Shown: positions 9,456 through 19,314, counted from the first letter of the stretch. The stretch: DNA of 64,000 bases from Phycisphaerae bacterium (GCA_030432035.1 JAUIHO010000001.1:74-64073); one strand, 5' to 3'. The notes: generated by a model from the letters alone, not told the origin. Translations and numbers: made by a program.

Positions 9456-10580
9456 TTACAGCGGCAACGCGTCGAGGCCCTTTTCCTGCATGAGTTCTTC
9501 GACGCGGCGGCGCGCTTGCAGGCGCTGACGCGTAGTCGGCAAGCGCTCGATGCGTTTCTTGAGGTCGATCGTGATGTCTTCCAAGGGTTGCTTCATTCTC
9601 TCGAATGCCTGATCGAGCTGGAAATCCACCGGCCCTTGCGAGTACTTGGCATCGAGCGAGCGATTGAGCCGCGCGGCGATGCGATTTTGCTTGAGCCGCG
9701 CCCACCATTCGTCTGTTTGTACGCGCTCGGCCTTCTTTTTGCAGGCGTCGAGGATGCCATTGGCGGCCGTTTGTTGTTCTTCATCGAAGTCGTAATACAC
9801 GGCGGCGTTGGTGACGTAACGCTCCCAATCCTGCGTATAATTGATCTGCCAGCGGATGCTGCGCTCCACGCCTTGTCGGGCGCGGCGCATCTCTTTGGTC
9901 TCGTTCGGGTCTGCGTTTTCGTCGGCTTCGTCATCCTCGCCGCCGCCGGGCGCATCGAAGAACGGGTTCGCACCGTCCTTCACTTTGCCGTCGCGCCAAT
10001 CGTTCATGCGCTTTTCGAAGACAGTAAGCCCCGCCGTTAGCGCCGTCATATCGGCGGTATAACGCAGCCGCTGTTTGAGAGTCATCACCTTGCCGATGTC
10101 TTTGGCCGATTCCGTGAAGAAGCCGCGCAACTTGGGGATAAACGGCGACATCTTCTTTCCGAATTCGACGGCGTCTTCTTTTTTGAAAGAGCCTTCGTTC
10201 GAGATCATCGAAGCCATCATCGATTCGATGAGGTCTTGGCCCATCTCTTCATTCTCGTGGGCCAACTCCATCAGGTTTTGCGTAACCGCCGTGCGAATCT
10301 TTTCGACCTGCTCGTCCTCCAATTCGTAGCGCTGCTTCATCTGCTCGGTCATGCGATACGTCATCGCCCGCGCAATCGCCGGCGTAAAGCGCACGCCCAT
10401 CGAGGTCGGCTGTTCATATAGCTCGGGGTCGATCTTCTCGCTTTTTTCCGCAGACTCGGCGGCATCGGCCCGCAAGACTTCTTCAGCCGCTTTCACGTCT
10501 TCGTCTTGCGCCCGCACCGTAACAGACAATAGACCGATGGTTGCAAGAAGTACGACCGCAATGCGTTGTGGTTTCGTCAT
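9456..10580 (-). CDS. secreted alpha-helical acidic protein, function unknown
   Basis: The signal peptide is 'RIAVVLLATIGLLSVTVRAQ'. The protein is charged and helical, with two LTxxQ-like motifs ('MTLKQRL', 'PTTRQRL') reminiscent of Spy/CpxP-type periplasmic proteins, though this resemblance is weak. Confidence 0.5.
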   Translation of the reverse strand: MTKPQRIAVVLLATIGLLSVTVRAQDEDVKAAEEVLRADAAESAEKSEKIDPELYEQPTSMGVRFTPAIARAMTYRMTEQMKQRYELEDEQVEKIRTAVTQNLMELAHENEEMGQDLIESMMASMISNEGSFKKEDAVEFGKKMSPFIPKLRGFFTESAKDIGKVMTLKQRLRYTADMTALTAGLTVFEKRMNDWRDGKVKDGANPFFDAPGGGEDDEADENADPNETKEMRRARQGVERSIRWQINYTQDWERYVTNAAVYYDFDEEQQTAANGILDACKKKAERVQTDEWWARLKQNRIAARLNRSLDAKYSQGPVDFQLDQAFERMKQPLEDITIDLKKRIERLPTTRQRLQARRRVEELMQEKGLDALPL

Positions 10581-10649
10581 TCACATTCGACGCAGATAGA
10601 ACAGGCGCCGCCTCCTGATAGTCTTTACAACGCAATCTCGATGTGCGTC

Positions 10650-11579
10650 TTACTGAACGATTCCTTTGGTGAACCGCATAAACGCGGTTTCGAGGTTAAC
10701 TTGCTCCTCATTGAGGGCCTTGAGCGGCAGACCGTTTTCCAATAGCGCCTTGGCCAAAAAGCCGAAATCGTGGATATCGTCGGTGAGTTCAACCAGCAAT
10801 CGGCCGTCATCTTGCTTGACCTGTTCGACCTTGGGTAGCGCCTTGAGCACGCGTTCGGCGGCGTCTTGCTGCGGACCAACGCGCACTTCGACGATGGTGC
10901 CCATGCGCGTTTGGGCCACGATCTCGTCAATCGTGCCTTTAAACAACAAGTCGCCGCGTTCGATGATGCCGACTGTCGTACAGAGTTCGGCCAACTCGTG
11001 CAGAATGTGTGAGCTAATGATGATCGTCTTACCCATGCGGCGCAGTTCTTTGAGCAGCTCGCGCATTTCAATGCGTGCGCGCGGATCGAGACCGGACGCG
11101 GGCTCGTCGAGGAACAACACCTTCGGGTCGTGGAGCAACACACGCGCGACGCTTAAGCGTTGCTTCATACCGCGCGATAAGCCGTCAACCAACGCATCGC
11201 GTTTATAGCTAAGATCCGTCAACTCCAACACATCGCCGACGACGCGTTTGCGCTGGTCGCCTTGAATGTTGTAAGACGCCGCGAAAAACTCCAGATATTC
11301 CTGCACGACCATGTCTTCGTATGCACCGAAGAAGTCCGGCACGTAGCCGATCAACGGTCGAATCAGTCGCGACTCATACCCGACGGTATGACCGCAGACT
11401 CGCGCTTCACCCCAGGTGGGTTGCAAAAGCGTGGCGAGAATGCGAATCGTCGTCGTCTTACCGGCACCGTTGGGGCCGATGTAACCGAAGCACTCACCCT
11501 CTTCGATAGTGAGGTGCAGGTTCTTCAGCGCGGCGAGTTTGCCGTAGCGTTTGGTCAGGTTGATCGTTTGGATGATCAC
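10650..11579 (-). CDS. ABC transporter ATP-binding protein (ABC-2/CcmA-like)
   Basis: It has Walker A 'GPNGAGKTT', signature 'LSRGMKQRL', Walker B 'VLFLDEP' and an H-loop 'SSHIL'. Confidence 0.9.
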   Translation of the reverse strand: MIIQTINLTKRYGKLAALKNLHLTIEEGECFGYIGPNGAGKTTTIRILATLLQPTWGEARVCGHTVGYESRLIRPLIGYVPDFFGAYEDMVVQEYLEFFAASYNIQGDQRKRVVGDVLELTDLSYKRDALVDGLSRGMKQRLSVARVLLHDPKVLFLDEPASGLDPRARIEMRELLKELRRMGKTIIISSHILHELAELCTTVGIIERGDLLFKGTIDEIVAQTRMGTIVEVRVGPQQDAAERVLKALPKVEQVKQDDGRLLVELTDDIHDFGFLAKALLENGLPLKALNEEQVNLETAFMRFTKGIVQ

Positions 11580-11609
11580 GCGGAATACGTCCTTTAATGG
11601 CTGGGCCGA

Positions 11610-13961
11610 CTAACGGCGCTCCACCGGTATCATAAAGCGATATAACGTCAGCGAACTGCCGGGCGTTTCGGCGATGCGGTCGATTTCCAACCGGGCCTTG
11701 GGTGGTGTACTGGTGAAGCCGACGAGTATAGCCAAGTTTTCCGTTAGGCGATGGCTGCAATCCCAACCGCGCGCCAGCGACTGTTTGTAAAACGCCGCTT
11801 TTTCAAAATTTTTCTGAAGATTGAAAAATGAGAGCAACAAGTACGGTGCGTGGATTTGATCGACTTTGATGTCCTCGCGTCGATCTTGCAAGGCCGGACC
11901 TGTCAGGCCCCAGTTCGAGTCGTTGCGACACTTCTTGAGCACCTCGGTCACCGACAGGTCGATGGTATTACGCAATTTGGGGTTGCCGTCGGAATCGAGC
12001 TTGTCCGAAAGGTACAACTTATCGAAGAACGCCTGCCCCTGCAGAATCGCCTTATCCCCGGTTTCGGCAAAGTTGCCGATGGGCACGCCGATGGTATCGA
12101 TGTTACCGCTGCCAGCGACGAGTTGATCGACGTAAAGCAGGTAGCAGTCGCGCAGCTCAAAGCCGAGGTTGTTACGAAGAAAGCTATCTTCGGTGAATTC
12201 TCGTTTGCCCGTATCGTAAATCAGCCGGGCATCGAACGAGCCGCCCAACTCACCGTGCCATTCGCCGATGAACTCTTTCAGCGTAGCGCGGACGGGCACG
12301 GCTTGCAGGGCTGTGGCCGCTTGGGCGTGACGGTACTTGTCGGTGGCACTGAAAGTTGACTCGGCGAAGTTGCCCGTCGGCAATGTCGGCAAAACGGCGA
12401 TCGGACCGTGGTCGCGGTTTGCAGTTTCATATCCGACCGGCAAGCGCACATCGAGTTGCGTATATTCGTGGGCCTTTACCCCGAACAGGAATGTGCCGTA
12501 ACCATAATTGTTGTTGGCATACGCATCGACGACGCCGGTTTGGGCCACTTGCGTGCTGAAACCGCGCAACACCCACACCATGCCGGTGCCGATGAACGTG
12601 CCGACAAACCCGGCGACGGTAAAGACGAGCCAGCTATGACGCGTAAGGTCTTTCTTACGCAGATATAGGTACGTGCCGAAGGTCGCGACAAATGTATACA
12701 ACGCGGCAAAGGCAATTGCGAAGAACAGATACGCCGCCGTGACACCGCTGAACCCGATTTGCCGCAAGACCTGAGCGAACAAGTTATTGTTATCGCCTAG
12801 CAACATGTTCCCTTGCACATCCGTCGGGCGGGCGCGCGGCAAGCCGAGCAACGTACGAGCGACGAATCGATCGATCACATCGCCGTAGCTCTCACGGTCG
12901 CGCTCGGCGGATTCCGACGAGCCCTTGAGCGTTTTCTGCGAAGGTTCCGGAATCAGGTCGGTCAGTAGCGCCGTGCTGACGATAATCCAACCGCGGCCCA
13001 TCTCGCGACGAAAGAAGAACGCTTCATCTTCCGGATGGTCGGCGGGAAAGGGTTTGCAATCGTTGCCCAAATCGACGAGGCAACGCGTTAGCGGATTGCG
13101 ATCGTAATGCTTCTGGTAATCTTCGCGCAGGTACTCGCGCGAGAGCACGTCGAAAAACCGATCGGCGTTAGAGGTTTCCTCCACGCCGGTGAATTCCAAG
13201 CCGATCAGATCACCCGCCGGATTACCCTGAAACTTCTGCCAGTTGCTCGCCACCGTGATCAGTAGACGACCGCCGCGCTCGACCCAGTCGCGCATGGCTT
13301 CGACTTGGCTCGGTCGCAACGCGGACGGATCGGCATCGCGCCAGATGAGCACATCTAGCGCATCCAGACCGCTGCCACGCGTCGGCAACTCGCGCGGCGA
13401 GAAGGCGCGCACGTGCCGCTCGTTGAAGAACGTTTTTTGAGATTCGTAACGACTGTTTGCAATAAACGTGACCTGTGGCGGCAAGCCTTCATCCGTTAAC
13501 ACGCCGATCAACAAATGCTCGGGGGCCGGTTCATCCAAAATACTGCCGACATCCAACTGACGGAGCGGCACACCGGCGTCGGAATAGAAATCGACCAATG
13601 CGCCGTCATCATCGTAAAGGCGGATGGTCAGGCCCGGGGCGCGGGAAAATCGCGTGTTGGGCATGAAGTAGATTTCAAAGGACTTCCATGTGTTGTCGGG
13701 CTCGACCACGACGCTTTCGAGCACCGACACGACCACGTCGCCATCGCGATCGATCTCGCTCAGGCGCAGGTCGCCGTTAAACGGCTCGGCACCGCGGTTG
13801 CGCAGTTCGACTTCAGCGAAGCTCATGCAGCCGCGTCGGGCGGCGTTTTGCCCACCGGCAAAGAGGCCGACGCGCACCAACCGCGCTTCGACTGCCGCTT
13901 GGGCAGGCAACGCCGTCGCGATCGTGAGGAGCCCAACGATAATCAGCGTTCGTCGCGTCAT
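11610..13961 (-). CDS. large signal-peptide/membrane-anchored protein, function unknown (first gene of the ABC operon)
   Basis: 783-aa ORF. The signal peptide is 'LIIVGLLTIATALPAQA'. Two central TM helices are present ('VTAAYLFFAIAFAALYTFVATFG', 'WLVFTVAGFVGTFIGTGMVWVL'). It lies 30 nt upstream of the ATPase gene. Confidence 0.55.
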   Translation of the reverse strand: MTRRTLIIVGLLTIATALPAQAAVEARLVRVGLFAGGQNAARRGCMSFAEVELRNRGAEPFNGDLRLSEIDRDGDVVVSVLESVVVEPDNTWKSFEIYFMPNTRFSRAPGLTIRLYDDDGALVDFYSDAGVPLRQLDVGSILDEPAPEHLLIGVLTDEGLPPQVTFIANSRYESQKTFFNERHVRAFSPRELPTRGSGLDALDVLIWRDADPSALRPSQVEAMRDWVERGGRLLITVASNWQKFQGNPAGDLIGLEFTGVEETSNADRFFDVLSREYLREDYQKHYDRNPLTRCLVDLGNDCKPFPADHPEDEAFFFRREMGRGWIIVSTALLTDLIPEPSQKTLKGSSESAERDRESYGDVIDRFVARTLLGLPRARPTDVQGNMLLGDNNNLFAQVLRQIGFSGVTAAYLFFAIAFAALYTFVATFGTYLYLRKKDLTRHSWLVFTVAGFVGTFIGTGMVWVLRGFSTQVAQTGVVDAYANNNYGYGTFLFGVKAHEYTQLDVRLPVGYETANRDHGPIAVLPTLPTGNFAESTFSATDKYRHAQAATALQAVPVRATLKEFIGEWHGELGGSFDARLIYDTGKREFTEDSFLRNNLGFELRDCYLLYVDQLVAGSGNIDTIGVPIGNFAETGDKAILQGQAFFDKLYLSDKLDSDGNPKLRNTIDLSVTEVLKKCRNDSNWGLTGPALQDRREDIKVDQIHAPYLLLSFFNLQKNFEKAAFYKQSLARGWDCSHRLTENLAILVGFTSTPPKARLEIDRIAETPGSSLTLYRFMIPVERR

Positions 13962-14015
13962 GAGATTTCCGTCGGCACCTTGCGAGCGCCGAAGTGTGAT
14001 TACGCGTAAGACGGC

Positions 14016-14312
14016 TTACGGCTTTTCGGCATCACCGCAGGCGCACACCAATTCGCCACAACCGGGGCAGCCCTCGGTGAATTTGCGCAGTGCGTCCTGC
14101 AAGTCGATGCCTTCGACGTTGGCCAGCGTGACCAACCAGGCAAACACGTCGGCGAATTCGCCTTCTTTTTCGGCGCGATCGCCATTGGCCAGCGCCGCGG
14201 CCAATTCGCCAACTTCTTCCATGAACCAGAGAAACGTACCCGACGCCCCGCGCTTGCGATCTTTGGCGGAGTACATCTTCTCTATTAATTCCTGAAACTC
14301 ACGAACGTGCAT
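14016..14312 (-). CDS. MazG-like nucleotide pyrophosphohydrolase domain protein
   Basis: The motif 'FLWFMEEVGELAAAL...EFADVFAWL' is the EExxE...D MazG metal-binding helix pair. The C-terminal tail 'CPGCGELVCAC' is Cys-rich. The start is at the internal ATG (MHVREF). Confidence 0.75.
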   Translation of the reverse strand: MHVREFQELIEKMYSAKDRKRGASGTFLWFMEEVGELAAALANGDRAEKEGEFADVFAWLVTLANVEGIDLQDALRKFTEGCPGCGELVCACGDAEKP

Positions 14313-14474
14313 GGTGTTCCAGCCCTTTCGGCAAATCGCGAATTCTAACCGGGCGGCAACCTGTCGACTAGGCAATCGCTACCACGCGTCGCGCGGCGAT
14401 GACATTGGCGTAATCTGGTATTCCGACCATCCGTGGACTTATTTTACGACGATTTGCCGCCGCGTGTTCGCCCA

Positions 14475-17390
14475 TTATTGAAACGCGGGCACGCGATTTT
14501 TGTCGTCTATCGGATCGGCCTGCTGTTTGCCGCCCAATGCCGCGGCCCGTTCGCGATAGCGCCGCGCCGATTCGGCATCACCCTTGCGGCTGTACATTTC
14601 GGCCATGCCTTCGAAGCCGAGCGCTTCGGTCGGGGCGAGCTTGGTCACCGTTTCGTACTCGCGCAAAGCCGCGTCGAGCCGGTTGACCGCCGCATATGCA
14701 TCGGCCAGCGCGCCGTGGATTTCGGCGTTGAACGGATCGATCTGTAGCGCCAATTCCAGCGTGACTATCGCGTCTTCCCACTGAGCGGCTTCGAGTTGCA
14801 ACTTGGCAAGGCGACCGCAAAGCTGCAGATCCTCGCGCGTGATCGAGAGCAGCTTTTTCAAATTGTCGCGGAGGGCTTCTTTATCGTCGCGCCGTGTATA
14901 GATAGCCGCCAGGCGACGATAGCTATCCGGGTCGAGCGGGTGGCGCGCCTGATACTTCTTTAACAGCGCGATCGCCTCGGGCAGTTGGTTATTACCTTGT
15001 TCGACGTACGCCATGTACTTTAGGGCCAGCGCATTGTCGGGGGCCTGTCGTTTCCATCTGCGGATGAATGGCGTGGCGGATTGCAAGAGCGTGGTGCGCT
15101 CAACCTCTTCGGTTGCTGCGAGCATGCGCATGATGAACAAGCGCGACGTGACTTCCAGCGCCAGCACGTTGTCCGTGTCTTTCGCCAAGCAGGTTTGGGC
15201 CGCGAGCAGCGCGCGTTCGGATTCACCGATGACGAACTCGGCCCGCGCCAATCGCCCGAGCAACTCGGCCGAAGGTGCTTCGCTCTCGCATTGCTTCCGC
15301 AGCGGCTCAACGTCTTCTTCCTGCATCCAGGGCAAGCCCCAGCTATCCACTTGCCTCAGCGCCCATGCGGCAAAGTCTTTATCAAACGTGGCGGTTTCTA
15401 TATCCAAGACGTCGCGAAACGCCGCATCTTGCGTTTGCCCCTTATCGAACGCCTTGAGCAGCGCGCCGACTTTATCGCTGCCGAAGCGTTCGATGATGTA
15501 TTCCATCATCCATTCGCTTTGGGCATAGGCCTGCGCCCGCGCGCCGGGAAACGGCGGTCGCCAGAATCCCCAAACGATGTTTTCCAATGTAAACAGCTTC
15601 TCGCGCCGCGTGGCCGTCGTGAGCATATCCATGCGCCCCCACGAGCGCGGTCCGGGTTCTTCAAGCACGGCCAATCCTTCGGTCATCCAATGCGGGATGC
15701 GATTTTGCGTAGCTGCGAGCGTGACCGTGTGCACGAATTCGTGGCGCAAAACGTCGGCCCAGTTGTAATGACCGAACGGTGGCTGACCTCGCGGCGTGAG
15801 CATGGCGATCACCGGTCCGGTACACGCGCCAATGGTTGCGATGAAGCCACGATGGGCGATGCGCAGGCTGAATCCATCGTGCGATGGGAAGATTTCGATG
15901 ATGGTCTTTTGCTTGAGATCGATATCGTACTTCGTGACGAGTTCGCCATAACACGACTCGAGCATGTCGGCCATGTACTCCACGGCGATGCGGTCATCGC
16001 CTTTCTTAAATTTGAACACGAAATGGTCGGTCTCGTGCGTATCGAACTTTTCGAGTCGGTCGAGCAAATCGAGCACACGGTAGGTGCGCTCGTTAAAGCT
16101 ATCCAAGGCAAAGGCTTTTTCGAGGACGGGTCGGGCTTCGGCCTCGCGACCCGATTCGAGATAGAGCAGGCCCAGCTCGACCTGCGGAATCGGATGCCAA
16201 TGCCAAGCCTCGGCGGCGCGCTTCAACCATTGCGCAGCTGGCTCGTACTGACGAGCAGCGGAAAGCGCCTTGCCGACTTCCAAATAAAACGCGCCGGGGC
16301 GTTGGTTGAACGTTTTGCACCGTTGCAACAATTCTTCGATGCGCGCTTCGTTACCGAGGCGATCTTCGGCGGCGGCCAAGAGGCCGAGTGCTTCGGTCGA
16401 TTCCGGATTGCGCTGAAGCGCTTTTTCGGCGAGTTCTCTTGCTTCAGCGAAGCGGCGCTCGACCATCCGCGACTGTGCGAGGAGCAATCGTGCACCGACA
16501 TGCTCGGCGTCTATTGCCAATGCCGCGTTGGCTTTCTCTTCGAGTGCTTCGAAACGCCAATCGGCCAGAAACGTGCGACCAATGCCGACCAAGGCGTCGG
16601 GAACGTTTGGATTGATGGCGAGGACGGCTTCGAACTCGGCCCGCGCGTCGTCTTGGTTGTCGCGATCGGCAAGCAGGTGGGCCGCCGCCAAGCGAGCGGG
16701 CCAGTATTCCTTATCCAGATAGTCGAACGCTTCCTGATAGACCTCGCGCAGGAGATGGCGAATGCGCGCGACGAGATTGGTTTGCGTGAGAATCGTGTAA
16801 CGATAAAAGCCGCGGCCGAGAAGCGTGAGCGCTTCGGGCGTATCGGGCAGCGCTTCGTCGGTCATCTTGAAATCGAAGATCGAATAGGCGCGGATGGCAG
16901 ATTGGATATCGCCGCGCGCTTCGTAGACCTGCCCCAGCGCCCATTGGGCCGTCAGGCTTTCGCCATCGGCGCGGACGGCGGCTTGCGCGTGGACGAGTGC
17001 ATCTTTCGATCGACCCAGATCGAGCAAGACCAGTGCCATCTCGGCTTGCCATTGCGGGTCTTTCTTACCCTTGTCGGCAAGCGTTTCGAGTCGTTTAATG
17101 GCCGACGTCGGTTTACCGCGCATGCGTTCGATGTATGCGGCGTAGCAAACGGCACCCAAATTCTTGGCGCGGTCCGCATGGTCTAAAAACGCCAATGCTT
17201 CGTCGTAACGACCGTGCAGGAAGTGGTCGCGTGCGGGTTTGAGTGAGGCGGGAGGCGTGCCGTCGTACGCGACGGTGGGTGCGGCGATGCAGAGTGTGAC
17301 GATCCAAGACAACAAGCTGGAAACGGCGCGGCGATTCCAAGGTGTGTCGCCAAATCGTGCAGATAGATTCGCGGTCTGTAGACGGCTCAT
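14475..17390 (-). CDS. TPR-repeat protein with an embedded HExxH (peptidase MA-like) domain
   Basis: 971-aa ORF with an N-terminal signal/anchor. TPR-like repeats flank a central region containing 'HEFVH' (nt 15729-15743) followed by 'HWMTEGLAVLEE'. Confidence 0.7.
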   Translation of the reverse strand: MSRLQTANLSARFGDTPWNRRAVSSLLSWIVTLCIAAPTVAYDGTPPASLKPARDHFLHGRYDEALAFLDHADRAKNLGAVCYAAYIERMRGKPTSAIKRLETLADKGKKDPQWQAEMALVLLDLGRSKDALVHAQAAVRADGESLTAQWALGQVYEARGDIQSAIRAYSIFDFKMTDEALPDTPEALTLLGRGFYRYTILTQTNLVARIRHLLREVYQEAFDYLDKEYWPARLAAAHLLADRDNQDDARAEFEAVLAINPNVPDALVGIGRTFLADWRFEALEEKANAALAIDAEHVGARLLLAQSRMVERRFAEARELAEKALQRNPESTEALGLLAAAEDRLGNEARIEELLQRCKTFNQRPGAFYLEVGKALSAARQYEPAAQWLKRAAEAWHWHPIPQVELGLLYLESGREAEARPVLEKAFALDSFNERTYRVLDLLDRLEKFDTHETDHFVFKFKKGDDRIAVEYMADMLESCYGELVTKYDIDLKQKTIIEIFPSHDGFSLRIAHRGFIATIGACTGPVIAMLTPRGQPPFGHYNWADVLRHEFVHTVTLAATQNRIPHWMTEGLAVLEEPGPRSWGRMDMLTTATRREKLFTLENIVWGFWRPPFPGARAQAYAQSEWMMEYIIERFGSDKVGALLKAFDKGQTQDAAFRDVLDIETATFDKDFAAWALRQVDSWGLPWMQEEDVEPLRKQCESEAPSAELLGRLARAEFVIGESERALLAAQTCLAKDTDNVLALEVTSRLFIMRMLAATEEVERTTLLQSATPFIRRWKRQAPDNALALKYMAYVEQGNNQLPEAIALLKKYQARHPLDPDSYRRLAAIYTRRDDKEALRDNLKKLLSITREDLQLCGRLAKLQLEAAQWEDAIVTLELALQIDPFNAEIHGALADAYAAVNRLDAALREYETVTKLAPTEALGFEGMAEMYSRKGDAESARRYRERAAALGGKQQADPIDDKNRVPAFQ

Positions 17391-17472
17391 TCGAATATTG
17401 TATCCGGCCCTGCTCGGTAATTCATCTAAAGCCTATCCATAATACCAAAGCGTATGTCATCGGTTGCAACGT

Positions 17473-17952
17473 TTATTCGCCGAATGCCTCGGTAAAGAAG
17501 CCGCTATAGTTATCCAACAGGTCGAATTGGAAATAAAAAATGAACGCGTTGGCAAAGATGGCCAAGAACGCCATCAGCAGATGCACTTCGGCCGGTACTC
17601 CGATTTCGATCGTCGCGCCCAACGAACTCGTCATAATAATCGCGACGATGCCCAACATGCTTAGCTTGATCGCGCGGGACTTATACTTCTGCAGCCGTTC
17701 GCCAAAGCTGATATCCAAATCACCCGCCTGAATCGCCTGCGCCACGATCTTCTGCTGCACGGTGAAATACATAAACAGCACGATATGAATCACGCAGGTG
17801 AAGAACGCCGCCAAAAGACCGAGCAGAAAGTGGCGCGGATAGCCATCGGGCCCCACCACCAACAGGCCGGTCGTGGCCGTGGTCGCAAGCAGGAATATGT
17901 CGGTAATAATGAAGATTAGGAAGCTGGCTTTCATCGTATTGCCAAAAAACAA
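17473..17952 (-). CDS. small integral membrane protein (4 TM), function unknown
   Basis: 159-aa ORF with four hydrophobic helices. It lies 30 nt downstream of the MacB-like permease gene. Confidence 0.5.
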   Translation of the reverse strand: MFFGNTMKASFLIFIITDIFLLATTATTGLLVVGPDGYPRHFLLGLLAAFFTCVIHIVLFMYFTVQQKIVAQAIQAGDLDISFGERLQKYKSRAIKLSMLGIVAIIMTSSLGATIEIGVPAEVHLLMAFLAIFANAFIFYFQFDLLDNYSGFFTEAFGE

Positions 17953-17982
17953 ACTCGGGGAAGGTTGATTGCTGACGCCGCG

Positions 17983-19200
17983 CTATTCGTACCGCAACGC
18001 TTCGATAGGTTCGAGGCGGCTGGCGCGAAACGCGGGATAAAAACCGAAGAAGATACCGGTGGCCGACGCAAAGCCCAACGCGACGGCGGCGATCCAGATC
18101 GACACTTGCGTTTCGTAGCCGCGATAGCTCGTAAGCAAGTGGCTCGCACCCCAGCCGACGAAGATACCGATGATACCGCCCAGCGTGCACAACATGACGG
18201 CCTCGATCAAAAACTGCATCAGAATATCGAAGCCGTGCGCACCGATGGCCATGCGTAAGCCAATCTCGCGCGTGCGCTCGGTCACACTGACCAACATAAT
18301 GTTCATGATGCCGACGCCACCGACGACCAGCGCCACGCCCGCAATCATGCCGAGCAGCCATTCCAACGATTCGCTTGATTCCTCTTTGAGTTGCGCCGAT
18401 TCGCTGGTAGCCCAAACGCGAAAGTCGTCCGGATCGTCCGGACGCAGGTTGTGTCGTTCGCGCAAGAACGATCGCACCTGCCGCTCGGCGGCCTTAGGGT
18501 CGATGCCGTAATGCGCGGCGGCCAGCATCGTTGACGAAATCTCGGAGCCGGCGATCTTTTGCTGAAACACCTTATAAGGAAAGATGATTTCGTCGTCATA
18601 GTCGCGCGCGCCGCTGCGGCCTTTGAATTCGAGTACGCCGATGACTTCGAACCGCGCGCCTTTGACGGTGATCTCTTCGCCGACGGGATTGATCGAGCCG
18701 AACAATTCCTTCACCACGGTCTGGCCCATGACGCAAACGGGGCTAGCCGTTTCCTGATCGGCCTGATTGAGTTCCCGCCCCCAAGCGACTGGCCAGCGAC
18801 GAATGTCGTGATAGTTCGGAAACACGCCGCGCACGCTGGATTGATAGTTGCTGTACGAACTTTTCACCTGCATGCGCATCGTGTTGCTGGGCGTGGCGGC
18901 GCGAATCAGCGAGCAATTTTCCATGATCGCGTATGCGTCGTCGCGCGTTTGGTTGGGTTTGCGCTCGACGTTGCCCTTTCGCGCGCCGCTCTTGGCGATG
19001 CCCCACGTGCCGATCCACATCCAGTCGTCGCCCATGCGGGCGATTTCCTGTTCGACGCGCGTCTTGGTGGCCTGTGCCATGGCGACCAACACGATGACGG
19101 CACCGACGCCGATGACGATACCGAGCATGCTCAGGCCCGTGCGGACCTTGTTTTTGCCCAGTGAGATCATGGCTTCGGCGATAAGGGAGAAGATGTTCAT
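17983..19200 (-). CDS. MacB/FtsX-family ABC transporter permease
   Basis: It starts with an N-terminal TM ('LSMLGIVIGVGAVIVLV'), followed by a large periplasmic domain. The C-terminal FtsX-type 3-TM bundle includes 'ERTREIGLRMAIGA'. Confidence 0.8.
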   Translation of the reverse strand: MNIFSLIAEAMISLGKNKVRTGLSMLGIVIGVGAVIVLVAMAQATKTRVEQEIARMGDDWMWIGTWGIAKSGARKGNVERKPNQTRDDAYAIMENCSLIRAATPSNTMRMQVKSSYSNYQSSVRGVFPNYHDIRRWPVAWGRELNQADQETASPVCVMGQTVVKELFGSINPVGEEITVKGARFEVIGVLEFKGRSGARDYDDEIIFPYKVFQQKIAGSEISSTMLAAAHYGIDPKAAERQVRSFLRERHNLRPDDPDDFRVWATSESAQLKEESSESLEWLLGMIAGVALVVGGVGIMNIMLVSVTERTREIGLRMAIGAHGFDILMQFLIEAVMLCTLGGIIGIFVGWGASHLLTSYRGYETQVSIWIAAVALGFASATGIFFGFYPAFRASRLEPIEALRYE

Positions 19201-19314
19201 CGGTTTTGGTCAGCCGTTACGCTTTGGGGCTTTGTCCCCCAGCCCCAGAGGGGCAGGGGCACCTGAGTCAGTGACACTCGATATTGTGTTACCCAATCAC
19301 ATCGTGTCCGGGCA

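Noticed and set aside
9120-10040. A 306-aa ORF on the + strand.
   Set aside because: It spans the junction of two minus-strand operon genes in antisense and has no recognisable domain.
15081-17186. A 701-aa ORF on the + strand.
   Set aside because: It is entirely antisense to the TPR/HExxH gene. The Arg/Gly/Ala-rich, low-complexity translation is typical of open antisense frames in high-GC DNA, and no motif was found.
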